DNA of 64,000 bases from Actinomycetota bacterium. Its GTDB lineage: Bacteria > Actinomycetota > Acidimicrobiia > Acidimicrobiales > VFJN01. Location: assembly GCA_046723645.1 (NCBI GenBank), contig JBKOUY010000044.1:14199-78198 (forward strand), given 5' to 3'. Shown here piece after piece: positions 8,958 to 21,520 of this stretch. The stretch's first letter is position 1, and the number at the start of each line of letters is the position of its first letter. The notes below the pieces were generated by a model, which saw nothing but the letters and a program-made list of their open reading frames with translations, made no database searches and was not told the DNA's origin. The position numbers and the translations under genes are program-made.

Positions 8958-10027
8958 GGGTCCTTGTCGCGATGTCGGGTGGCGTCGATTCGTCGGTCGC
9001 CGCCGCCCGCCTGATCGCGGCCGGCCACGAGGTCGTCGGCGTGACGATGAAGCTGTGGGGCGGCGAGTCCGACACGGGTTGCTGCTCGGTGAGCGACGTC
9101 GACGACGCCCGCCGCGTCGCGCAGCAGCTCGGCATCGCCCACCACACGTGGGCGTTCTCCGACGAGTTCGACCGCCATGTCGTCGACCCGTACGTCGACG
9201 CCCACCGGCGCGGCATCACGCCCAACCCGTGCATCGAGTGCAACCGCCACCTCAAGTTCGACCGGCTTCTGCGCCGCGCCGACGCCGTCGGGTTCGACGC
9301 GGTCGCCACCGGCCACCACGCCCGCATCGTGACCCGTGCGGACGGGACCCGGCGCCTGGCACGCGGCGCCGATGCCGCCAAGGACCAGAGCTACGTCCTG
9401 TACGTCCTCGGCCAGGCCGAGCTGTCGCGCACCCTGCTGCCCGTAGGGGAAATGACCAAGGCCGAGGTCCGGGCCGAGGCCGACGCGCTGGGGCTGCGGA
9501 CCGCCCGCAAGCCCGACAGCCAGGACCTGTGCTTCATCACCTCCGGCAGCGGTCGGCGGGGGTTCCTGGGCGGACGCATCGACCTGCGCCCGGGCCGCGT
9601 TGTCGACGATGCGGGACGCGATGTCGGCTCGGTCGACGCCGTCGAGCTCGTCACCCTCGGGCAGCGGCGCGGGCTGGGCCTGCCGGGCGGGGGCCCGCCC
9701 CGCTATGTCGTCGACGTCGACGTGCCCGCGGCCACCGTGCGCGTGGGGCCGGAGCCCGACCTGCTGTGCGAGGAGGTGGCGCTGGAGCGCATGGTGTGGT
9801 CGGTCGGCCCAGCGGCCGCCGACCGCGTCTCGCCGGTCGCCGCGCAGTGCAGCGCCCACGGCCCGCCCCGGCCGGCCCGCATCGAGCCCATCGGCGACGT
9901 GGGCGCCCTGGTGCGCTTCGTTCGTCCCGAGCGGCGGGTCGCCCGCGGCCAGTCCGTGGTGCTGTACGACGGCGACGAGGTGATCGGCGGCGGCATCGCC
10001 GCCAGACGGCTCCCGACCCGTGACTAA
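8954..10027 (+). CDS. mnmA: tRNA 2-thiouridine(34) synthase
   Basis: MRVLVAMSGGVDSSVAA (PP-loop), NPCIECNRHLKF, KDQSYVL. ATGA overlap with the desulfurase gene. Confidence 0.9.
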   Translation: MRVLVAMSGGVDSSVAAARLIAAGHEVVGVTMKLWGGESDTGCCSVSDVDDARRVAQQLGIAHHTWAFSDEFDRHVVDPYVDAHRRGITPNPCIECNRHLKFDRLLRRADAVGFDAVATGHHARIVTRADGTRRLARGADAAKDQSYVLYVLGQAELSRTLLPVGEMTKAEVRAEADALGLRTARKPDSQDLCFITSGSGRRGFLGGRIDLRPGRVVDDAGRDVGSVDAVELVTLGQRRGLGLPGGGPPRYVVDVDVPAATVRVGPEPDLLCEEVALERMVWSVGPAAADRVSPVAAQCSAHGPPRPARIEPIGDVGALVRFVRPERRVARGQSVVLYDGDEVIGGGIAARRLPTRD

Positions 10028-10055
10028 GTTCACGGGCCCGGCGGTTCCGAAACTG

Positions 10056-10089
10056 TTGCGTCTCGCAATACTCCAGCGCAGTCTGGAGT
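10056..10089 (+). promoter_or_regulatory. two adjacent inverted repeats, candidate TetR operator upstream of the MFS-TetR operon
   Basis: ttgcg-tct-cgcaa (10056-10068) and actccag-cgcagt-ctggagt (10070-10089), about 40 nt upstream of the ATG with a GGAGG RBS at 10127. Confidence 0.3.
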
Positions 10090-10126
10090 GACCGGGACCG
10101 CCCGACCCGACATCCGCGGAGGCTCC

Positions 10127-11890
10127 ATGCTCACCCGAACCGGCTCCGCCGCGACGCACAGGTCCGACACCCACCGCTGGATCGTCCTCGGGACGATGTG
10201 CCTGAGCCTGTTGTTGATCGTGATGGACAACACGATCGTCAACGTCGCGCTGCCGACGTTGCAGCGCGACCTCGACGCCAGCACGACGCAGCTGCAGTGG
10301 GTCGTGGACGCCTACATCCTGGTCTTCGCCGGCCTGCTCCTCACCATGGGCTCGCTCGGCGACCGGTTCGGCCGCCGGGGTGCCCTGGCCTTCGGACTGT
10401 CGATCATGGGCGCGGCGTCGATCCTGTCGTCGTTCGCCAACACGGCCGACCAGCTCATCACCACCCGGGCGCTGATGGGCGTCGGCGGAGCACTGATCAT
10501 GCCCGCCACGCTCTCGATCATCACGAACGTGTTCACCGATCGCCGCGAGCGCGCCCAGGCGATCGCCATCTGGGCCGCGACGGCCGGCGCCGCCGTCGCC
10601 ATCGGCCCCGTCACGGGGGGCTGGCTGCTGGAGCACTTCTGGTGGGGGTCGGTCTTCCTCGTGAACGTGCCGGTCGTGGTGGTCGCACTCGTGCTCGGCC
10701 AGCTGTTCGTGCCCACGTCGCGGGACCCCTCGGCGCCTCCCGTCGACGTGGTCGGCGCCCTCCTGTCGATCGCCGGGCTGGTGGTGCTGGTGTGGGCGAT
10801 CATCGAGGGACCCGGTGGCTGGACCGATCCCGAGATCCTCGGCGCCTTCGCCCTCTCGGCCGTGCTGCTCGGCATCTTCGTCGTGTGGGAACGGCGGACC
10901 CGCTTCCCGATGCTCGACATCAGCTTCTTCCGCAACCCCAGGTTCAGCGCCGCGTCCGCGGCGGTCATGCTCACGTTCTTCGCCATGTTCGGCTCGCTGT
11001 TCCTGCTCACACAGTTCCTGCAGTCGATCCTCGGCTACACGCCGCTCGAGGCGGGCATCCGGTTGCTGCCGATGGCGGGCGTGATGCTGGTCATCTCGCC
11101 GCTCAGCGCCAAGGTGGTCGAGCGGATCGGTTCGAAGATCGTGGTGGCGACCGGGCTGTCGGTTGGGGCGGTGGGGCTCATCATCGCCAGCCGGCTGACC
11201 GCCGGCGCCAGCTATCCCGAGGTGCTCGTGGCGCTCGTTGTCCTGGCGGCCGGCCTGGCGCTCGTCATGCCGCCGGCCACCGAGTCGATCATGGGGTCGC
11301 TGCCGCTCGCCAAGGCGGGCGTGGGCTCGGCGGTCAACGACACCACCCGCCAGGTGGGCGGCGCCCTGGGCGTCGCCGTGCTGGGGTCCGTGATGAGCTC
11401 CACGTACGGTCCTCGGGTGACCGAGGCGATCAGCGGGCTCCCGGTGTCATCGGAGCAGGCCACGGCGATCCACGACCAGATCGGCGCCGCCATGCGGGCC
11501 GCGGCCGAGATCGGCGGACCGGCGGGCCGCACGCTCGCGGACGTCGCCTCTCGTGGCTTCGCCGACGGCATGAGCACGGCGTTCGTCATCGGGGCCGCGG
11601 CCCTGGTGCTCGGGGCGACGATCGTGGCCCTCTTCCTGCCGGCCCGGGCCCCCGACCACGAGGCACTGGTTCCGGCCGGCGCCACGGCCGGCGCCGCGGC
11701 CGCCGCGATGGCTGGCGACGGCGGCGGGGTGGCCGGCGATGGCCATGCGTCCGACGGAGGAGCGGCCGCCGGCCATGGCGGGGCGCCCGACGCCGGGGTC
11801 GTTCCGGGGGACGGGCGCGGAGGGTCGGCCGCGGGGGTCGTCCCGGCTCCGCCGGTCCCGGCAGCGTCTCCCGACCCGGAGCCGCGATGA
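10127..11890 (+). CDS. MFS transporter, DHA2/EmrB-like drug:H+ antiporter with a Gly/Ala-rich C-terminal tail
   Basis: LLIVMDNTIVNVALPTLQRDL, GSLGDRFGRR and multiple hydrophobic segments consistent with 14 TMS. Start moved to ATG 10127 (cgcGGAGGctccATG). Confidence 0.8.
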   Translation: MLTRTGSAATHRSDTHRWIVLGTMCLSLLLIVMDNTIVNVALPTLQRDLDASTTQLQWVVDAYILVFAGLLLTMGSLGDRFGRRGALAFGLSIMGAASILSSFANTADQLITTRALMGVGGALIMPATLSIITNVFTDRRERAQAIAIWAATAGAAVAIGPVTGGWLLEHFWWGSVFLVNVPVVVVALVLGQLFVPTSRDPSAPPVDVVGALLSIAGLVVLVWAIIEGPGGWTDPEILGAFALSAVLLGIFVVWERRTRFPMLDISFFRNPRFSAASAAVMLTFFAMFGSLFLLTQFLQSILGYTPLEAGIRLLPMAGVMLVISPLSAKVVERIGSKIVVATGLSVGAVGLIIASRLTAGASYPEVLVALVVLAAGLALVMPPATESIMGSLPLAKAGVGSAVNDTTRQVGGALGVAVLGSVMSSTYGPRVTEAISGLPVSSEQATAIHDQIGAAMRAAAEIGGPAGRTLADVASRGFADGMSTAFVIGAAALVLGATIVALFLPARAPDHEALVPAGATAGAAAAAMAGDGGGVAGDGHASDGGAAAGHGGAPDAGVVPGDGRGGSAAGVVPAPPVPAASPDPEPR

Positions 11891-12558
11891 CCGACCTCGA
11901 GCCGGTCGGGGGCACGCCGGTCGGGGGCACGCCCGAAGCCGGTGATCTCCTGGCCGGCGAGGACGAGCCCGTCCTCCGCCGGCCCGGCCGTCCCCGCGAC
12001 GCACGTGCCGACGAGGCGATCCTCGACGCCGCCCTCGAGGTGCTGGCCGAGGTGGGACCGGCCCGCTTCACCGTCGACGAGGTCGCGGCCCGGGCGGGCT
12101 GCGGCAAGGCGACCATCTACCGCCGCTGGCGGTCACGGGGTGCCCTGTTGCTCGATACCGGGCACCATCGCCTCGGCCTCCGCGTCACCGACCCCGACAC
12201 GGGCTCGGTGCGCGACGACCTGGTCACGATGCTGGGCGAGCTGGCCCGGAAGATGCGAGACACGCTGGCGGGCAAGGTCATGCCCGCCGTGGTGGCCGAG
12301 GCCGCGGTCAACCCCGAGATGCGCGCGGTCCTGGCGGCGTTCGTCCACGACCGGCGGAAGCCGGCTTTCAACGCCATCTCCAGGGCCGTGGGCCGGGGTG
12401 AGCTGCCCGACGACACCGACATCGATCTTGTCCTCGACCTGCTGGGCGGGCTCGTGTACTTCCGCGTCATGCTCGCCGACGACCCGCCCGACGATGCCGT
12501 CGTCGCCACGGTCGTCGACACCGTCCTCGCCGGCATCCGCCCGACGGCCGGCGGTTGA
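11887..12558 (+). CDS. TetR/AcrR family transcriptional regulator
   Basis: RADEAILDAALEVLAEVGPARFTVDEVAARAGCGKATIYRRWRSRGALL (TetR HTH). ATGA overlap with the MFS stop. It is the 3' part of the artefactual track ORF 10198..12558. Confidence 0.85.
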   Translation: MTDLEPVGGTPVGGTPEAGDLLAGEDEPVLRRPGRPRDARADEAILDAALEVLAEVGPARFTVDEVAARAGCGKATIYRRWRSRGALLLDTGHHRLGLRVTDPDTGSVRDDLVTMLGELARKMRDTLAGKVMPAVVAEAAVNPEMRAVLAAFVHDRRKPAFNAISRAVGRGELPDDTDIDLVLDLLGGLVYFRVMLADDPPDDAVVATVVDTVLAGIRPTAGG

Positions 12559-12602
12559 GCGCCCGGGCCGGCGCGCCGATCGCCGACCACGCCGGCGGCG
12601 AT

Positions 12603-13556
12603 TCAGGCCAGGCGGCGGCGCCGGGCCTCGACCAGGGCGGCCCCCGGGCGGGTGGGCGAGATCAGGAGCGCCGCGGCCGTCGTCGCCTCGCTCACGCCGC
12701 CGCCTCCCCCGGCGGCCAGCACCAGTGACACCGGGGGCGCGACGGTGACCTCCAGCGCCAGGCCCAGTGCACCCCGCGTCAGGTCCAGCGCCGTGGTGTC
12801 CGCCGGCGCCGGCCCGAACGACCGCACGTCGGCCCGCCGCAGCAACACCGGCTCCGCCAGGGCCAGCGGATCGTGTACGACCACGCCGCTGGGCACGAAC
12901 ACCAACCAGCGCCGCGCCAGCGTGTGCAGCGACCGGACCGCCACGGCCGCGGCCGGGAGCCCGATGGCCAGCGCCAGCGCACCCACCAGCCACTGCCGGG
13001 CGGCGAGCAGCAGGGGGCCGGCGGCCACGCCCGCGGCCGCCACGGCCCACGCCAGGACCAGCGGCCCGGCGAGCAATGGCCCGGGTACGCGCAGCGGCAT
13101 CCGCCGTTCGTCGCCGTAGGACGAGCCCGCCACGAACGCCTCGCCCGTGCCGGGCCAGAAGGCAGCGAGCGCGGCCACGAGGGCCCCGACCAGGCCCATC
13201 ACCGTTGCCGTCGACGGCCCGTCGGCAACGATGGCGGCCACGGCGGCCACCACCGCCGCCGGTGCTGCCACCCGGAGGGCGGTCAGGCTCACCGTCGAGG
13301 GCACCAGCGTCGCCACCAGCACGACGGCCCAGCCGGCCCACAGACCGATGCTGACGACCAGCTGGACAGGCCGGCTGGCGCTATCCAGGGCACCGCCCAC
13401 GGCGGGGCCCAGGAGCACCGGGACGACGAACCAGGTGACACGCGCCGGCCAGGCGCCGAGGGATCCCACGGGCCGGGAGATTTGCCGATGGTGGCGTCGG
13501 CTGGCTATTCCAGGCGGCGGGTGTAGCCGAGTGGGGGATGAGGTGACGAGGAACAT
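12603..13556 (-). CDS. hypothetical polytopic membrane protein
   Basis: 317 aa with several long Ala/Val/Leu-rich hydrophobic stretches. No recognisable motif; start uncertain. Confidence 0.45.
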   Translation of the reverse strand: MFLVTSSPTRLHPPPGIASRRHHRQISRPVGSLGAWPARVTWFVVPVLLGPAVGGALDSASRPVQLVVSIGLWAGWAVVLVATLVPSTVSLTALRVAAPAAVVAAVAAIVADGPSTATVMGLVGALVAALAAFWPGTGEAFVAGSSYGDERRMPLRVPGPLLAGPLVLAWAVAAAGVAAGPLLLAARQWLVGALALAIGLPAAAVAVRSLHTLARRWLVFVPSGVVVHDPLALAEPVLLRRADVRSFGPAPADTTALDLTRGALGLALEVTVAPPVSLVLAAGGGGGVSEATTAAALLISPTRPGAALVEARRRRLA

Positions 13557-13592
13557 GCCGCCGCGCCGGGGCGGGAGTCAGCGAGGGATGGC

Positions 13593-16872
<3,280 letters not shown>

Positions 16873-16889
16873 TGGCCCCCCTCGAAATC

Positions 16890-17336
16890 TCACACCACCG
16901 TGAAGCACCAGGGGATCTGGCGGGCGGCGTCGCGGCCCTCGGCGATCGGCCAGACGACCGCCGTGACGCAGTTCAGCCCGGCCCGCAGCTGCTCGACCAC
17001 CTTGCCGTCGCCGGGCGTGAACTCGATCCGGGCCAGCTCGGGGGTCAGCTTCAGCTGGTCCGCCGGGATCTCGACGTCGTTGAGCACGATCGTGCCCTCC
17101 CAGCCGGACAGCAGGTCGACGCCGACTGTCGCCTGCTGCGGCACCTGGCTGTTGGGCGCCGGGATGCGCTGCTCGACGATGTCGTTGCCGATCGCGTCCG
17201 ACGTCCCCAGCTGGTCGTCGCCTTCGTCGCTGGTGGCGAAGTAGGCCGCCACGAACGCGCTGATGGCCAGCGCGAGCACGAAGATGGCCACAACCTTGAA
17301 GCGCGTGCTGTACGGGGAGCTGGTGGTGCTGGCCAT
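16890..17336 (-). CDS. hypothetical single-pass membrane-anchored protein
   Basis: From the internal ATG: MASTTSSPYSTRFKVVAIFVLALAISAFVAAYF (TM helix) followed by a soluble domain. Divergent from the PASTA kinase gene. Confidence 0.5.
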   Translation of the reverse strand: MASTTSSPYSTRFKVVAIFVLALAISAFVAAYFATSDEGDDQLGTSDAIGNDIVEQRIPAPNSQVPQQATVGVDLLSGWEGTIVLNDVEIPADQLKLTPELARIEFTPGDGKVVEQLRAGLNCVTAVVWPIAEGRDAARQIPWCFTVV

Positions 17337-17454
17337 TGCGGTGGCCCATCGTCGCACGGCGGGTGCGCCGGGCGGTAACCGACCGCACCCGCACGCCCGA
17401 CCCCGATCGCCGCCCCTGATGGCGTCGGTCTTCGACCGACCGTAACCTTTCGGC

Positions 17455-19578
17455 GTGGCCATGACCCGCATGACCGATCAGATCGGTCGTGTGCTGGGTG
17501 GGCGCTACAGACTTCTCTCGGCGGTCGGATCCGGAGCGTCGGCGCATGTCTACCTGGCAGACGACGTCCGGCTGCGCCGTCGGGTAGCGGTCAAGGTCCT
17601 GCATCCGGCCCTCGCGAACGACGAACTGTTCCTTCGGCGTTTTCGCGCCGAGGCCCGCGCTGCGGCCGCGCTGAGCCACCCCCACATCCTTGCGGTGTTC
17701 GACTGGAGCGGCGACGAGGACTCGCCCTATCTCGTCACCGAGTTCCTCGGCGGCGGCAGCCTGCGCTCGATGCTCGACGCCGGCCACCGCCTGACGACCG
17801 CGCAGGCGCTCGTCGTCGGGCTCGAGACGGTGCGTGCGCTCGACCATGCCCACCGGCAGGGCTTCGTGCACCGCGACATCAAGCCGGCCAACCTCCTCTT
17901 CGGCGAGGACGCCCGCCTGCGCGTTGCGGACTTCGGCCTGGCCCGCGCCATTGCGGAGGCCGGCTGGACCGAGCCGACCGGTGCGATGCTCGGCACGGCC
18001 CGCTACGCCTCGCCGGAGCAGGCCCGCGGAGAGTCGGTGAACGGCGCCAGCGACATCTACTCACTCGGCCTCGTGCTGATCGAGGCCGTGACCGGAACGG
18101 TGCCGTTCAGCGCCGATACCACCATCGCCACCCTGATGGCACGGCTCGAGCACCCACTGGTGGTGCCCGAGGTCATGGGGCCCCTAGCCACGATCATTAC
18201 CCAGGCCGGCAGCCTCGATGCCGGCAAGCGGCCCGATGCCGCCGCCTTCGGCGCCGGGCTCATCGCCGCGGCCGAGGAGCTGGCCCGGCCGGCGCCGCTC
18301 CCGTTGACGCCGCCGGCCGCCGCCGGCGCCGACGACCTGCGTGACAGCACGCTCGTGCGACCGGAGCTGTACGCACCGGGCAACGGAGCCGCGGCTGCCG
18401 CGGCGAGCGCCCTGGTGGTGGGGTCCGGCAGTGTCGTCGGTGATGAGGTGGTGGGCGTCCCCGTGGGCGACGCCGGTGCGGTGAGCGGACTCCCCTCCGC
18501 CTCGCTCGGGGGGACGTCGGGCCTAGCAACTGCGGCGTCCGCGACCGGGACCGGGCTCGACGCCGCCAAGCCCACCAAGCCCACGTCGACCACCGTCCTG
18601 CCGCCGCCCCCCAGCGTCCCGCCTCCATCAGCGGCCCCGCCGCACACGCCTCCGGGTGGGACCGTGGCGCTATCCGCCGGCGATCGCAGCGCCCGCCGGC
18701 TCATGCTGGGCGCCCTCGTGGTGGCGGCCGCCGTGGCCATCGGGGTGGTGGGCTCCTGGATCTACATCCGCTCGCAGGTGCCCTCCCACACCGTGCCGCG
18801 CCAGCTCGTCGGCGCCCAGCAGGACGAGGTCGTCGAGATGATCGGGGGCAACGGCTGGAACATCGTCACCCGGCGGGACTACTACGACAACACCGACGAG
18901 GGCGAGATCGTCCGCACCGTGCCGGAGCCGGGTGCAGCGCTTCGCGAGGGCGAGACGCTGACGCTGCATGTCTCGCTGGGGCCGCCGCTGGTACCGATCC
19001 CGCAAGACCTCGTCGGGCTCAGCGAGGAGGACGCCCGGGACCGGCTCGCCACCGCAGGACTGAGCGCCGACATCCAGCGCGAGCCCAACGACGAGGTCGA
19101 CGCCGGCACCGTGATCGGCCTCGGTGACGGAGTATCTGACCAGGCGCCCCGGGGGTCCGCGGTGCCGCTCATCGTGTCGTCGGGCCCCGACGAGCCCGAG
19201 ATCCCCGACCTGGAGGGCGAGCAGTACCAGGATGCGGTGGACCAGCTTGAAGCCCTGGGCCTCGACGTCGAGCTCGACTTCAAGAAGGCGAGGGACGGTC
19301 GCGACGAGGGTGAGGTCATCCGCACCGACCCCGACGAGGGCGAGCGTGTCGATCAGGGGTCGACAGTGGTCGTGGTCGTCGCCGGCGGGCAGGTCAGCGT
19401 CCCCGACGTCGCCGGCGCGACCCTCGATGACGCCCGAGCGATGCTCGAGGACGCGGACCTGAACGTCGGCATGGTGTTCGGGCCCGAGGACGGCCGGGTC
19501 CAGCTGACCACGCCGCTCAGCGACACCGAGGTCGACCCGGGCACCGCCATCGATCTGGTCATGGCGCCGGATGGCTGA
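17455..19578 (+). CDS. pknB: Ser/Thr protein kinase with C-terminal PASTA repeats (PknB-like)
   Basis: GSGASAHVYLA...VAVKVL, HRDIKPANLL, DFGLA, a TM segment (LMLGALVVAAAVAIGVVGSWIYI), then about four PASTA-like repeats (VPxxxG...A...L...G). Confidence 0.85.
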   Translation: MAMTRMTDQIGRVLGGRYRLLSAVGSGASAHVYLADDVRLRRRVAVKVLHPALANDELFLRRFRAEARAAAALSHPHILAVFDWSGDEDSPYLVTEFLGGGSLRSMLDAGHRLTTAQALVVGLETVRALDHAHRQGFVHRDIKPANLLFGEDARLRVADFGLARAIAEAGWTEPTGAMLGTARYASPEQARGESVNGASDIYSLGLVLIEAVTGTVPFSADTTIATLMARLEHPLVVPEVMGPLATIITQAGSLDAGKRPDAAAFGAGLIAAAEELARPAPLPLTPPAAAGADDLRDSTLVRPELYAPGNGAAAAAASALVVGSGSVVGDEVVGVPVGDAGAVSGLPSASLGGTSGLATAASATGTGLDAAKPTKPTSTTVLPPPPSVPPPSAAPPHTPPGGTVALSAGDRSARRLMLGALVVAAAVAIGVVGSWIYIRSQVPSHTVPRQLVGAQQDEVVEMIGGNGWNIVTRRDYYDNTDEGEIVRTVPEPGAALREGETLTLHVSLGPPLVPIPQDLVGLSEEDARDRLATAGLSADIQREPNDEVDAGTVIGLGDGVSDQAPRGSAVPLIVSSGPDEPEIPDLEGEQYQDAVDQLEALGLDVELDFKKARDGRDEGEVIRTDPDEGERVDQGSTVVVVVAGGQVSVPDVAGATLDDARAMLEDADLNVGMVFGPEDGRVQLTTPLSDTEVDPGTAIDLVMAPDG

Positions 19579-19654
19579 CGGTCACACGAAACCGCAGCGA
19601 ACCACACGAGAACTGGGCCTTGACCTGAGGCTTCGCTTGGGGGACGCTTCCACT

Positions 19655-19875
19655 GACGGGAGCCCCCCTCCCGTCTGGGGCCGTCTCTCTCGCGGCTCAA
19701 GTGTGACTACAGACTTGAAGGTTTTCTGGCCACCTTCTGGTTGCCGGACGCTAGCAGCAAGTACACTCTCAACTACAGAGCGTGCCGGGCCCGTTGGGGC
19801 GGTATGCCGGACGCGGTGTTCCCCAGCCGCCGCGATGAGGCTGCCGCCCCAGCGGGCTCGGCACACTCCGTTTTG
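19655..19875 (+). ncRNA. candidate small RNA (unclassified) in a convergent intergenic gap
   Basis: Promoter-like TTGACC (19620-25), 17 nt, GACGCT (19643-48). Hairpin with a C6 loop at 19655-19675. 21-bp helix 19782-19802/19844-19864 whose only non-Watson-Crick pairs are G.U, and only on the + strand. UUUU at 19871-74. No credible ORF. Confidence 0.3.
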
Positions 19876-19886
19876 GGGGTTCTGCG

Positions 19887-20279
19887 CTACTCGGTGATCG
19901 CCTGGATCTTGGCCGTCAGCTCGGGGTTCGGCGGACCCGACTGCAGCGCCATCGCCTTGGTCATGTCGCCTTGGAGCTTGATCTTGCCGGCCATGAAGGC
20001 CTGCATGCCGGCCTGCGGATTGGCGTCGACCATCATCGCCTTGGCCGTGTCGTAGTCGAGTGTGGCCGTGACGTCGGCGACGTCGAGGAGGCCCAGCTCG
20101 AGCTCGACCGAACCGCTCGTCGTGTCCATGTGGGCCTCGACCGTGCCCTCGCCGAAGGGGACCTCGGTGATGACGAGGTTCATCTTCACGGGCTGGGGGG
20201 CGGTCGTCGGCGCATCCACGTCTTCGCGGACCTTCCGGGCCGCTTCCACCCACTCATCCGACAGGAACTTGTAAGGCAC
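19887..20279 (-). CDS. SCP2 sterol-binding-domain protein
   Basis: 130 aa. ...DYDTAKAMMVDANPQAGMQAFMAGKIKLQGDMTKAMAL is the typical SCP2 C-terminal pattern. Confidence 0.75.
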   Translation of the reverse strand: MPYKFLSDEWVEAARKVREDVDAPTTAPQPVKMNLVITEVPFGEGTVEAHMDTTSGSVELELGLLDVADVTATLDYDTAKAMMVDANPQAGMQAFMAGKIKLQGDMTKAMALQSGPPNPELTAKIQAITE

Positions 20280-20380
20280 GAGGCGATCCTCCCTGGTCGG
20301 CTCGAAAGCTGCCGCATGCTAGCGCGGGTGTTTGCAGCCGTCGTGCAACGGTCGGGCACGTCCCCTGGCGGCTGGTTGCC

Positions 20381-20731
20381 CTAACCAGCCGTCGTGGTCG
20401 TGGTCTCCGACTCGCTGTCCTGGTCGCCTGACCCCGATCCCTCCGAGCCCGGCACCGGCTGCCCCGTGCACTGCTCGATGATCGAGTCGACGGTCGGCTT
20501 GGTGTCCGAGGGGAAGTCGTCGGCATTGTCCGCGGCGGCGAGGTCGTTCATCTCGTCCTGGTTGAACGCCTTGTCGAACTCGTCACCCATGCAGCGGGCC
20601 TGATCCTCGTCCATGCCGGCGTCGGTCATGGCGTCGACCACGTCGCCGGCGTCGGCGTCGTTGTTTGTGCACGCCGAGAGCGACAGCGCGGCGACGGCGG
20701 CTAGTGCAGCCAGGCCTGTACTACGGATCAT
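20381..20731 (-). CDS. small acidic lipoprotein (hypothetical)
   Basis: Signal peptide plus lipobox MIRSTGLAALAAVAALSLSAC. Asp/Glu-rich mature part. Hairpin ggctggtt-gccc-taaccagcc spans the stop codon. Confidence 0.6.
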   Translation of the reverse strand: MIRSTGLAALAAVAALSLSACTNNDADAGDVVDAMTDAGMDEDQARCMGDEFDKAFNQDEMNDLAAADNADDFPSDTKPTVDSIIEQCTGQPVPGSEGSGSGDQDSESETTTTTAG

Positions 20732-20808
20732 GGAGGGCCGAACCTCGTGCTAGCGGAATGACCGGTCAAGGCTAGCCACGGCCAGCCCAAGGGGCACATC
20801 GGCGACGG

Positions 20809-21465
20809 TCAGACGGTGGCCACCGTGGCACCGGCATGGCCGCGCAGCGCAGCCACGGAGGCGCGGGCGGTGCGCTCGTCGGCCGCCAACATGCGGGCGA
20901 CCAGGCGGGCGACGTAGCTCGACAGCTCGTCGAGGGAGAGATCGACCCGGTGGGTGCGATGGAAGTGGCCGAACTGGCCCACGGTGCCGACGACCGACAG
21001 CGCCAGCAGCTCGGGCGGGTCGTCGCCGGTCACGGTGCCGTCGTCCTGGCCCGCGACGATCAGGGCCGTCACGTCGCGGACGTGCTGCTCGGTTCCCTGG
21101 CGCAGCACGTCGGACACGGTGTGGCCCTCCACCTCGAGGAGCGAGAAGAACGGCGCGTTCTCCGCCATGAACCGGACGCTCGCCACCGACCCCTGCAGCA
21201 GGCGGGTCAGCGCCGGCGCGCGGTCGTCCATGGCGGCGGCTTGTTGGCGTCGGAGGCGACGCCGCATCTCGGCGGCGAGCTCGCGGAACAGGGCCTCCTT
21301 GTTCTCGAAGTACCAGTAGAAGAGGCCCTTGGCAACGCCTGCGGCGTCGACGATGTCGACCACGCGCGTGGAGGCATAGCCCTGCTCGGCGAACAGGCGG
21401 GCGGCGGCGTCGAGCAGCTGCTGCTTGCGCTCGGCGCCCTGGGTCGTGAGCTGGCGGTCCGACAT
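20809..21465 (-). CDS. TetR/AcrR family transcriptional regulator
   Basis: RKQQLLDAAARLFAEQGYASTRVVDIVDAAGVAKGLFYWYFENKEALF. Start at the internal ATG (MSDRQL). Confidence 0.8.
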   Translation of the reverse strand: MSDRQLTTQGAERKQQLLDAAARLFAEQGYASTRVVDIVDAAGVAKGLFYWYFENKEALFRELAAEMRRRLRRQQAAAMDDRAPALTRLLQGSVASVRFMAENAPFFSLLEVEGHTVSDVLRQGTEQHVRDVTALIVAGQDDGTVTGDDPPELLALSVVGTVGQFGHFHRTHRVDLSLDELSSYVARLVARMLAADERTARASVAALRGHAGATVATV

Positions 21466-21520
21466 CGTGAGCGACAGTGTTGCGAGCCTTGACCCGGGGG
21501 TCAATCCGACCGGACGTCCA

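Noticed and set aside
8657-10636. 659-aa minus-strand ORF opposite mnmA and the MFS transporter
   Set aside because: Same reasoning: the PP-loop and MFS motifs on the plus strand are decisive.
10198-12558. 786-aa plus-strand ORF
   Set aside because: Only its last 223 codons (from ATG 11887) encode a recognisable TetR protein. The upstream part is an alternate frame of the MFS gene.
19655-19675. Identification of the C6-loop hairpin as the known 6C RNA
   Set aside because: As I recall it, 6C RNA has two adjacent hairpins each with a C-run loop. Only one such hairpin is here (the second C-containing loop has 4 Cs and lies 140 nt away). I therefore report only an unclassified sRNA candidate.
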